A stretch of 64,000 nucleotides of DNA from Eledone cirrhosa (lineage: Eukaryota), in contig OZ024744.1 of assembly GCA_964016885.1 (NCBI GenBank), forward strand, positions 84,506,001-84,570,000. The letters are read 5' to 3'. Every line of letters begins with the position of its first letter. The stretch's first letter is position 1. Shown one piece after another: positions 26,201 through 37,643 of this stretch. The translations under genes and the position numbers were made by a program. The notes below the pieces were generated by a model, which saw only the letters and a program-made list of their open reading frames with translations, was not told where the DNA came from and searched no databases.

Positions 26201-26898
26201 GCAGGGATGTGGCTTGGTCAGGCATGGAAGTCTTGAGCTCTCACGGAGTGTAGGCAATGGAAATGGGCAGGGGTGGACAGTGGCAGGGATTCGGCATGTT
26301 GAGCCGTGGCAGTCCTTAGGGACCACGGAGGGCAGGCAATGGAAAGGGCCGGGGAATGAATTGCGGCTGACAGGGCAGAGATGCGCATGGTGATGCACAA
26401 CGATGCAGTGGGTCGACGACGTACAGGGAAGGGAGAGGGGAGGGGTTGACGGATGCCTCATTATGCTACGGTAGTGGGACCACGGGAATGAAGAGAGCGC
26501 ATGGAGGCTCAATGATCGCTTGAGAAGACTGGGCGCAATACAGGATGATGCGCGGCGGTATAGTCTTGATAGTCCTTATATAAGAAATGGAAGAATCGGC
26601 ATAAAAGGTTTGCTGAATATGGTGAGCGTTAATTTAAAGAGACTTACGGTGGATAATCCTGATAGATTGAACGTTTTTTGCATGGCGGGAGTCGCGACAA
26701 ATGGAAGCAAGAAGAATGGCGTTTTTCGGTTGCCGGATTTTTGCCTCTGGGGGTCCGATTATTCCATTCTACGCGTCGAGTTTTATATATGTGTCAAGTT
26801 TCATGAAAATCGGATGAACGGTGTAGCCTGCAAGTTCGGGACACGAAACAAACAAACAAACAAACAAACAACGCCCAACTTCACTTTATATATATAGA
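23206..26898 (-). mobile_element. Non-autonomous Helitron, 3.7 kb
   Basis: Minus strand begins A|TCTATATATATAAA followed by (GTTT)n; ends hairpin ACCCGGGCAACGTCGGGT-acttctg-CTAG|T; no Rep/helicase ORF. Confidence 0.85.
24940..26460. repeat. GC-rich degenerate minisatellite (~70-90 bp alternating units, core GGATGCGGCATGGTGAGGCATG) inside the Helitron
   Basis: Repeated core motif; explains the repetitive Pro/Cys/His-rich ORFs. Confidence 0.85.
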
Positions 26899-26991
26899 TA
26901 TACATACACACACACATACATATAACTATATACACACACATATATATATATATATATGTGTGTGTGTACTTACATATAAATATATATGTAT

Positions 26992-27052
<61 letters not shown>

Positions 27053-27094
27053 GGCTCACGCCAACACACACATATAAGAAAAAGTAATATACTC

Positions 27095-27308
27095 TATATA
27101 TACATATACTTTTTTTATTTTCCCCTTTACATCATGTCCGTTATTTTATTTCAGCCTCGCTTTCAATTGTCCTAGACTCTGTTTTGAAATCCATATCTTA
27201 CTTCCATTTTAAATAAAATTCATTCTGTTGATTGAAGCCAAGCTCGTCTGTCTTCGTGAAACCTTTGGTAAATGAAATAATTATCTTATGTTGTTTATTA
27301 CATAACTA
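27095..27308 (+). mobile_element. Inverted partner arm of 21563-21780 with internally deleted hammerhead (27219-27276)
   Basis: Reverse-complement match; ends at cataacta next to TA. Confidence 0.75.
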
Positions 27309-27320
27309 TATAATATATAT

Positions 27321-27393
<73 letters not shown>

Positions 27394-27748
27394 CCGTAAA
27401 ATTATGAAGTGTTACTTTACTGTGATGTACCCTTCAGTGATTGTATTTGCTTCTCTGAATGAGATTATTTTAGTGATTTCTTTTCATTGAGATGTTATGT
27501 ATATTTGTGACAATTTTACTTATGTATAATATTTACTGCTCCATAAATGATGAGCTCATAGACGATCTATATTGATTTCTATTTCTAGTGGCAGTTTAGA
27601 CTCGTCACTTTGTTTATATGCAAATATTTACTTTCTTAGTATATATACGCATGCGTGCAATATTATTTCTTCCACCATGCGGGTTCGATAAAAAAAAGAC
27701 ACATTTCTGTTAAGGGGTATTTATTTATTTTCTTTATACCATACAGAA

Positions 27749-27844
27749 ATCCGTCTGATGATAAGCCCTTCTGTTAACGGAGCCATATCAATCTATACGA
27801 ATGGTCTCCGATATTCTTTGAGTTTTGAAACTGCAGTAAGGCAT
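27749..27844 (+). ncRNA. Decayed hammerhead motif within an old ~490-bp partial tandem unit (27405-27980)
   Basis: CTGATGA...ggagccat/atggtctcc...GAAAC-tgca-GTA, weak stem I; 27405-27515 resembles 27895-27980. Confidence 0.5.
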
Positions 27845-28007
27845 CTTGATTTAAGTTGCTTGACTAAGAATGTATCGCTAGGGACAAATACTTGTGAAGT
27901 TGTACTTTACTGTGTTCAACACCTTAGTGATTTTCTATAAGATGCTCTATCATTGAGATGCTATGTATATCTGTCACAAATATATATATTATATATTAAT
28001 TTAACAA

Positions 28008-28129
28008 TGTTTCCGAAGAAGAGGGTCTGCTCGAACCTATATATGCAGTTTGATAGTATACAGTTATATAACTGCTATAGATCAATCAATATGCCAATAT
28101 GATCAACCCTCCGAAACGATCGTAGAACA
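28008..28129 (+). ncRNA. Hammerhead motif, U4C core, long stem II
   Basis: tgttt-CCGAAGA-agagggt...accctcc-GAAAC-gatc-GTA-gaaca; homologous to 41311-41399 (minus). Confidence 0.65.
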
Positions 28130-28686
28130 ATGATATAAATAGGTAAAACTGGCAAAATGGCTCGGCGTTGCTCGGGCTTCTAAACATAGATTGGCATGTT
28201 TATCCCTCCTTTCTGAAACAGTACAGAGAAGTACGGAATACCTCGGCCTGGGGATGGTGTCTACATTTTGTGCTTGTAAAAAAAAATTCGTCGTAGATTA
28301 CCAGGGGTTTAAATTAATTTGGTGCCTGAGAGTAAAATGTTCAACCCACGAAAGCCAAGACGATAGGGTTAAGTAAAAAGGCATTCGACAAACCGAACAT
28401 GTATTTGTTGTGCTATAGTACAATGAAAGCAATAGTTACAGAGCAGTAAGCATGTGGGACTGCAGTGGTGGAGAGTGGTGTTGTCTTATTCCTTTCAATG
28501 TTTCGTCGTATGTTCACCAATTGAGGCAGAAGTCCTAATGAAAAGTGAAGTCGCCTTAGGTGAATAGGCAAATAATTTTCCATTACGATTTTTAAAAGGT
28601 ATGTAATTGCGTTCCCTCTCTTTTTTTGTTGTTGTTTTTGCTGCTGTTTATATTTTGTTTTTGTGTATGCAAAAATATCTGTACAC

Positions 28687-28733
<47 letters not shown>

Positions 28734-28734
<1 letters not shown>

Positions 28735-29728
28735 GACCGTTATACCGCGTGACTATCTCCCCCTCCGCCTTTTGGGATTCTTTCTCACGTCGTGTAGACG
28801 CGTTCTTGAGACTAGTAAAATGAGGTATCCTCTTGATAAGTCGGCAGACCTCGCAAGGACTCTATATCTTTGATATATTGTTTTTGTTTATGCCACGAAG
28901 CTACGTAGTCGAGGAATTTAGGAGCAGTTTAGGTATGATACATTTTATTACTAATTATATCTAAATGTTTCTTCTCTCTTCATAATGTATTTTTAACTCT
29001 GATACTGGTTCAGTCTAGTTCAACTGAATTGGTCTGTCCCAGTCATTCATTGAGCAACATCGGTGAAGTTGGCACCCTTAACTCACAGTTGGGTGCGGAT
29101 GCATTCATGTATATATGTGTGTCCGCATGTATCTGTGTGTTTCTAAATATATTAATAACTCCCTCTGGTCGAGCAATCTTTGAAGTGTGGGGACAACTGG
29201 AAAGCTTCCATTACTCATACTTCTCGCCTTCTTCACTACCTCTTCTACGGCCTCGATATGAATACCCCCTCCGCCTCCGTGGTATTTTCTTCGTGGTTAT
29301 AAGAGGCTTAGCTCTGTTTCTCGACCGTTATACCGCGTGACTATCTCCCCCTCCGCCTTTTGGGATTCTTTCTCACGTCGTGTAGACGCGTTCTTGAGAC
29401 TAGTAAAATGAGGTATCCTCTTGATAAGTCGGCAGACCTCGCAAGGACTCTATATCTTTGATATATTGTTTTTGTTTATGCCACGAAGCTACGTAGTCGA
29501 GGAATTTAGGAGCAGTTTAGGTATGATACATTTTATTACTAATTATATCTAAATGTTTCTTCTCTCTTCATAATGTATTTTTAACTCTGATACTGGTTCA
29601 GTCTAGTTCAACTGAATTGGTCTGTCCCAGTCATTCATTGAGCAACATCGGTGAAGTTGGCACCCTTAACTCACAGTTGGGTGCGGATGCATTCATGTAT
29701 ATATGTGTGTCCGCATGTATCTGTGTGT

Positions 29729-29733
<5 letters not shown>
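28734..29733 (+). mobile_element. Retrozyme-like partial tandem: 1.7 copies of a 588-bp non-coding unit between (TA)n tracts
   Basis: CGACCGTTATACCGCGTG at 28734 and 29322; repeated part appears identical; hammerhead in each copy. Confidence 0.85.
28828..28915 (+). ncRNA. Variant hammerhead motif (U3-A8 core, GAAG); second copy 29416-29503
   Basis: tcctc-TTGATAA-gtcggca...tgccac-GAAGC-tacgta-GTC-gagga. Confidence 0.65.
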
Positions 29734-29796
<63 letters not shown>

Positions 29797-30433
29797 ACAA
29801 TAATAAATTTGAAGACGACTAAAATCGAAAGAGGGCTCGATAAGGATAAATATATATAAGAACCGTAGAGCAAATATTTATTAAAATAACGGATTAAAGT
29901 TTAAGCAAATAATCGCTGCTTTCACCACCCTTAACGGGATCTTCTGAAACTAAAAAAGTTCATCTGTGAACGCAGAAGTAAATATTTCAAAAAAAGTTGC
30001 AACCAAAGGAAGACAGGAAGACGATACTTTGGTTCGTGGAAACGTTCTTGGCAAAGAACGGAAAAAAACGAAGATAATACGTCATTATTTGGTGCAGTGA
30101 AAACAATTACACGCAAAGACAAAACCACATTTATGGTATAAATGAAGTCGTAGACTAATATTCCATTTAGGAAACCGAATGATTCTCGGCTTCAGAGTTA
30201 AGAATAAAGTAAATAAAATACAGAGGTAATTGAAATTAAATATATACATACACACATCCATATACGTACATACACAAGCATACGCGAAACCACTCCCCGT
30301 GGGTATGCAAATACAAGCACGTGCACAAAACAAAAACACACAGACACACACGCACAAGCAGAACCCACGCAACGCCTGAACCGCACACATACGAACGTAT
30401 ACACCAAATACACATAAAAACATATATATATAC

Positions 30434-30487
<54 letters not shown>

Positions 30488-30830
30488 ATAATTAAATAAA
30501 CGTATATAAATATACACATAATTACGTATACAACGCGCGCACACACACCCACATGTAAAGACACATATGTTCGCGGACGTACGTCAACCAAAACACAAAG
30601 TACACATATACACACACCCTACATACGTACGAACCCGCATACTCACACGGACGTAAAACACCCGTATACACATAACCAAATGCACATGTACCGGTATATA
30701 TAATATATACGCCAATAACATATACAAGCAAATATACGTACGAGAAAATATACGTAACTTCACAAAGCATACAGGTAATATATACTTACTTATACGAATA
30801 AGTAATGGTATTAACATAACATATACTTAG

Positions 30831-32983
30831 CTACAACATCAAGACGTAAAATATCCGCGTATAGTTCGTACTATCCGTTAGGGTATACAGGAAAGTTGTG
30901 TGCAATTTATGTTTACAAGCCGAAATTGCCTCAAATTTGTTTGTTTAAGATGTGGTCTTTGGGGTAGAGTATTTCCAGGGCCTCAGCGGCGCAGCGGTCA
31001 CGTGGTCTTTTATTTCCGTTATACGATCTAGCCTCAACTAGGATCTCCCAGTGTAACTTATATTGGGTGTGGGTGTCTTTTAGGCTCCAGATATAAGCTG
31101 AAAGTGACGTCATATTCCTTCTTAAAGGGTTAAGAAAAGAATGGGTATGCATGTAAAGACGCTGCTTGAATCTATTGGCGGTTAACCCTATGTAGGCCCT
31201 ATGGGACGTGGGTGTTTCAACCTTACATTTGTAGACAATGTTACTAGAGAGGCATTTCCCGGATAGGGGGCAGTCAACCCGATTCCTACAATTACAGTTA
31301 GGGCTAGCTACAGGGTTGCACGTGTTCCTACGGCAAAGGTAATTTAGCTAAATTTGAAGCTGTGATATCATGTGCAAAGTTAGGAATCGTAGAGTAAGAA
31401 ATTTTAATGGTATTTCTATTAAAAATGTTACTATATTTATGTGCTGGAGGGAAATGCTTCATAAGGGAGAGAAAGATCTTAGCTAAAGATGTGGCCACCT
31501 CCATATTATATGGTGGGTTATACCAAATAATGCGTCGGGATCTATTTTTCCTAGGTCTATTCTCGTACGCTGTATAAGCTACCTTATCGACAAATCCACT
31601 CCGAGCAAGAGCTTCATTGTAATATGTGGAATGGTCGTTGAAAATATGCTCGTTTGTAGATAGACGGGAAAGCCTCAAAGAAACGTTTCTCACCAGGTTC
31701 TTGGTTATGCTGGCAGGATGGTTAGAATGTTTACTTATGTAATTAAGCGTATCATTCGGCTTTCTATACGGGTAGTGCAAGCCATTCGACAAATCGAGGG
31801 TAACGTCGAGGTAATTAACGACCGAGAGGTTGGCCTCAACCTCTATGGAGAGGTTGAAGCCTTTAAAGAAGGCTGTGAGTTCTTTTCTGAACCTGTCGCA
31901 AGCACGTGGGCCGCACTTTGTCATGGTCAAAAGACCGTCATCACGGTACAAACCACCGCCCACGTTGAAGAATTGTTCCTTGATAGAGAAAAGAAGGAAA
32001 AGGCCGATAAGATCAGTAACCTCCGCAGAATCGCTGGCGCCCATACTCACGCCGAATGGGGTACTATTAGATTTTTTAATCCAAATAGAGTCGTCGAAAT
32101 TAATCACCGACTTACGAGCATTGAGGATGACATCAACTTCGAAATCCTTAACCACTGTGAGTGTTTTGGCGAAATTGATAGCTCTAAGGAGAAGTGGTAG
32201 AGTGATGGAGGAGTAATAATTATTGATGTCGAATTGGATAAAACGGCAATGTTCCTTGTTACATATGCCGTTGAACCAATCAATCACCACGAAAGAATTG
32301 TTCCACAGTGCAAGATGGGCCAAACTACTAATTTCAGGTATAATCCTATCTAAAATCCTTTTACTAACTCTACCTAAATCGGACTTCGTAGGATTAATAA
32401 GCCGAATAGAGGGGTTGTTCGGGAAATTGGATTTGTGATCCTTCAGGGTAAAGTGGGGAGAAATAGGGTCCAGAGGTTCGGTCCGGTCCAGGATGTTGAG
32501 ATCAGAGGTGATATTAAACCCAGCATCGTTGATTTCATTAATGACGCTCCGATTAGTTTTACGGTAATCCTTAGTTACAGCATTATGTAACAGTTGATCG
32601 TAAGTACTGCGCTCCACTTGATATAGATTGCCAGTTTTATCGGAATGGACGTGCACGGCATTAGAATCCTTAATAGAACGAATTCTATTCTTCAGGTCCT
32701 GCTGGAAGAAATGGCTCCTATTCCGAAATTTGATACTCCGTATGAGTTCCAAGACATCATTTTCGAATGGTAGCAATGCTGGGTTACTCGGAGGGTTATT
32801 ATAGGTTTTAAACCCAAATTTATCCTGTTTGTTTTCTGCTTTTCGCTGATTATCGAAATAAAAGGCACGCCACCGCAACTTTTTAATGAACGCGTCTGTT
32901 TTCTGTATCAAGAGTTTTAGGTATGTTTTCCTGCTTGGTACGGGTATGTTCTTTGTAGAAATATTCAGATGTTGTTTCTGCAT
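30831..32983 (-). pseudogene. PLE RT + GIY-YIG ORF; RT part open for 551 aa, frameshifts near 31330 and 30935
   Basis: STKNIPVP, SDKTG, FDINNYYSSI, YRDD, WYNPP; after the shift CNCRNRVDCPLSGKC, IVY..YIG, LNK..ISACKHK. Confidence 0.9.
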
Positions 32984-33267
32984 GATGAATATAAGTCAAT
33001 AGAGTGCTCCACTTCCGTTCATTGCCAGAAAACGTCTCCATGAACCACCTAATAGAATATTAGTCCACGACTTCATTTATACCATAAATGTGGTTTTGTC
33101 TTCGCGTGTAATTGTTTTCACTGCACCAAATAATGACGTATTATCTTCGTTTTTTTTTCGTTCTTTGCCAGGAACGTTTCCACGAACCAAAGTATCGTCT
33201 TCCTGTCTTCCTTCGGTTGCAACGTTCTTTGAAATATTTACTTCTGCGTTCACAGATTAACTTTTTT

Positions 33268-33318
33268 AGTTTCAGAAGATCCCGTTAAGGGTGAAAGCAG
33301 CGATTATTTGCTTAAACT
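33268..33318 (+). ncRNA. Hammerhead-like motif with CAGAAGA core (U4A); other copies 29898-29951 (-) and 33413-33463 (-)
   Basis: agttt-CAGAAGA-tccc gttaa gggt-GAAA-gca gcgattatt tgc-TT-aaact. Confidence 0.6.
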
Positions 33319-33338
33319 TTAATCTGTTATTTTAATAA

Positions 33339-33401
<63 letters not shown>

Positions 33402-33810
33402 TAACAGATTAAAGTTTAAGCAAAGTATCGCTGCTTTCACCCTTAACGGGATCTTCTGAAACTAAAAAATCAATCTGTGAACGCAGAAGTAAATATTTCA
33501 AAAAACGTTACATACTATATATACATATATATACATATATGCACACAATATATATACATATATACACACACACAGATAGCGTCATAATGTCGTAATGCAG
33601 ACAAACAGACATACAGACATACAGACAGATATTATAAAGGCGCGATGTTCGGCCCCTAGGGCATTGAAAATTTGAATTTTTTGCTCAAAACACTCACACA
33701 ACCATACGTATTACATGTGTAAAAATCGGTTGCGTGGTTCTCGAGTTTTAGGGAGTCTGACAGACAGACATTCTCTGTTTTAGATATACTTCACTTATAC
33801 TTTAGATATA

Positions 33811-33982
33811 CTTCACTTTGTTGCTAATATTTTTATTGCTAAATTAATATCTAATATCAGACTCTGTATCTATGGAATACGGAACCTTTCTATGGATTTC
33901 ACTGGAATACTCGCTATAGGATTACATTGAGTTCTAACTACAGTATGGACCCTACCACAAAGGGTGGACCACATTGAAAGTA
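33811..33982 (+). mobile_element. Solo PLE 3'-terminal fragment, same family as 41125-41399 and 28008; distantly related to the PLE1 end
   Basis: Shared gactctgta, tggatttc and TACATTGAGTTCT blocks; ends in (TA)n. Confidence 0.7.
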
Positions 33983-34031
33983 TATATTTATATATATATG
34001 CAAAAGAACGCTTACATACTCAAACAGTCTT

Positions 34032-34087
34032 TATTCACTTACAATGTTTCATCCTCACCTTTTGGCAGGAATCATCAGAGCCTAATA
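34032..34087 (-). ncRNA. Hammerhead motif, probably marking the 3' end of PLE4
   Basis: gct-CTGATGA-ttcctgcc aaaa ggtgaggat-GAAAC-att-GTA-agt; short stem I. Confidence 0.6.
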
Positions 34088-34401
34088 AATACAGTGTTGA
34101 GTATAAGCCCCACAAAAACCTAGTCACACGAACAATCAGAGTAAAGATAGGGAGATTGGAGATGGCTAACAAAGAGGTGCATGCTGGGGTTACTAAGCAT
34201 CACTGCAAAATGCCAAGGCACAAGTGGATTCAACAAGATGAAGATACAGTAGATGGCATTCAAAAATACAGAATGTAAAAGCAAAAAGTGCATAAAAACT
34301 ACATAAAAATACATTAAAAATACATCTAAAAAAATACAGGCAAATGTTAAAACATATAAATTATAATAAAGTAATAAAAAATATAAAAATAATAAAGATA
34401 A

Positions 34402-34490
34402 TAAAATAAAATAAAATAAAATAAAATAAAATAAAATAAAATAAAATAAAATAAAATAAAATAAAATAAAATAAAATAAAGTAAAATAAT
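34402..34490. repeat. (TAAAA)n
   Basis: Direct. Confidence 0.95.
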
Positions 34491-35729
34491 TAAAAACAAT
34501 TAATAAAATATAATGAAAAATAATAAAATAGAAAATAAAAAATAAAAAATAAAATAAAATAATGTAAAAAATATATTAAAATAGTAAAAGATAATAATAT
34601 AATAAAATAATATAATAAAATTAAAAATTAAAAAGAATTTAAAATATTTAAGAAATTGAGAAAAAGTTATATGTTATGAGCACTTATAGAAAGCAAAAGA
34701 TTACAAGCGCCAGATTACAAGTGAATAGGATCTCAGTAGCCTATATACAGACGTAAAGAGTTCTTTTTTTACATCCCAAAAGACCACAGTAATCCGAATC
34801 ACTACCATAATATACATACACAAGGTATATTGGTAGGTACCCGAACCAGGTAGCCAATGGGTGCTCACAAGTATATAGGAAGGTATCACAAAAGCCAAGC
34901 CTTACACAAGTAAAATATGGTTATTATATGGTATGGCTGAGTAAAACAAGTAAAAAGACAGTCACGGCATAAAAACAAGCTATGCACAAGCAGGTCTGGG
35001 TTAGTGTACCACAGAGCTGAAGCAGTCTTATTATATTAGTTGATATAAACTAACCGACAAAGTTATTATTCATGCATATTAGCAACATAGGCTAGACCAA
35101 TTGGTTACATATTTCCCATATTTTCACGGGTTAAATAGAAGTAGTAGGATATTAAGCGTAACAATTACATTCCAACCCATCAAATTACATGCTGGATTAA
35201 TACAACAGACAACCTCTCTATGTAAAAAATCACAGGCCGTATATTATAAATTGTTCAAGAATCAGTTCCAACCAAGTCTCCACACACCATCTGGTCACGA
35301 ACATGTGAATATAATTTCTGGTCCCAGCGGCGGCTATCAGCATGGCTAACCAGTCTAAACAAAACAGAAAGGAAATAAACTCTAGTGCCCAAGTCGTTAA
35401 ATCCGCCAAATACCTTAGCATGTTTGCTACATAGGGTCAAATTCAATTATATATTCAGAGATTAAAGAGAATAAATACAAAAATAAAAATAAAAATACAA
35501 ATACAGTCTACATACCACTAAAATTAAATTAATTCTGGCTCAAAAAAAAAACATTTTACTTTATCTAGCGCCACTAAGCTCAGTGCACATCATTTGATGA
35601 CGTTTTAGTTGTCAGAAAATGACGTGGCGTAATTGTGGTAAACGAAAGGGAGATTACTCTAATTAGTCATCTAATAAGTTATTAATTCGGACTATGACCA
35701 AATAAAGAGAAAAAAATATAAGTTCAGTT

Positions 35730-37585
35730 ACCTCACCCCATCTCACCCCCTAAACCCAACCTCACCAAACCACATCGCACCACCTCACATCCCACCACAC
35801 AACCCCACCCCACACCCCACTATACCTCAGTACATCCCACCACACTACCTCAAACTGCACTACACTACACCCCGCTACACTAATCTACGGGACACCCCCC
35901 CCCCCACACCAATCAACACCACACAACTCCACCACATCACACCACACCATACCTCATTAGACAACCAAACCGCACGACACCACACCACACCACGCCAAAC
36001 CACTCCACCATACATCCATCCACTATATACCACGCCACACTACCCCACACATTCAACTACACCACATGACATCACACCACACCACGCTAAGCCCTACCAC
36101 TCCTCGAAGCATCATACCACAGTATACCACACTTCATTACCCCCAAAAACAGCACACCACACCCCAGCGCGCCATACCACACACTTCTACATCAGACTAA
36201 TCTACACCACAGTACACCACACAACACCGCACCGAATTACAGTACACCACACTACAACACATAAAAATATCCCCCCCCCCCCCCATCTCACCACTCGGAG
36301 CCTCACTATGTTTCAAACACTACATAATACTACACCACACCACACTTCACCATATCACACCTCATTCCCTCTCACCACCCTACACTACATCACACCCCAC
36401 CACACTACAATACACCACACCGCACCACGCTGCACTACATTACTACACACTAAACCACACCACACCATACCCGCCTCATCACCACACACCACACTACACC
36501 GCAACACACCACAGCCACATACATCTCACACCACAACCACGTACTACTCAATATCTCGCCACAGCAGACTACACCATTCCACACCTCAATCCGGTGAGTG
36601 TAGCAGCTGAAACTGCATAGGTGGGAACACACCTCACCAGACTACGCCACACCATACCATCCTCACCACACCAGACAACACCACACGACACCGCACGCCC
36701 ACCCACCCCTCCATACCACACTACACCAAACTTCATCACAACCCACACATCACACCCCACTGCACAACAACACCCGACACCCTACTTCAATACATCACAT
36801 TATACCACACTACATCATACTACACTACATTACACTTCACACCACTAAACTACTGGACACCTTTCCATACTACTCAACACCAAGCTATACTTCACTACAT
36901 CACACCAGACCGCACCGCATTACATTCAACCACCCCCACCCCACCCCACCACCACCACCACCACCACCACCACCACAGTACGCCTAAACACTCCACAACA
37001 TACCAAACCACAGTACACCGCACTACGCCACACCACACTTTCAACTACACCTCACGATACCGCACTACACTACACTACACTTTACCACTCTGCTATTCAC
37101 CATACCACAGAACACCAAACCGCACCACACTACACCCAAACAGCACACTACACCACATCACCCCTTACCACGCCCTACCACATCAAACTATACTACACGA
37201 CAATACACGACATCGCAGCACACCAAACCATAGTACACCACACTACAACGCATTAACACACATCACAGCTCACCACTCAATACCTCACTACACCTCAATA
37301 TACTACAATATACTACACCACACCACTGCACACCGCACCACTCCACACTACACTTCATCACCCCACACTACACTACACTATATCACCAACATCACACCAT
37401 AATACACCACACAACACCACGCTGCACTACAATACTCAACACCATACCACACCACACTACACGACACCACATCACCTCACACCACACCACACTACAGCAC
37501 ACCACAACCACATCGCATTACACCCACCCACCCCCCAAACCATTCAATACCACACCACAACCGACTAAACCATTCTACACACTAA
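35730..37585. repeat. Degenerate pentamer array (CACCA/CACTA)n, 1.85 kb
   Basis: Direct; begins just downstream of the PLE4 stop codon. Confidence 0.9.
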
Positions 37586-37643
37586 CAAATTCAATAGGGT
37601 CAAGCAGCGGTACTGCACAGGGAGGAGTGATTCATCGGCAGAA

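Larger units (their letters stand above)
29794..33341 (-). mobile_element. PLE2: near full-length PLE with inverted 5' arm (33048-33341 = reverse complement of 29875-30170) and 81-bp tail
   Basis: ORF homology, inverted arm, (TA)n on both flanks. Confidence 0.9.

Noticed and set aside
24868-26512. 205- and 346-aa Pro/Cys/His-rich ORFs
   Set aside because: Products of the GC-rich minisatellite, open in several frames, no domain motifs
33590-33790. Helitron/DINE-like 5' end with (CAGA)n
   Set aside because: No matching 3' hairpin-CTRR found; too short to call
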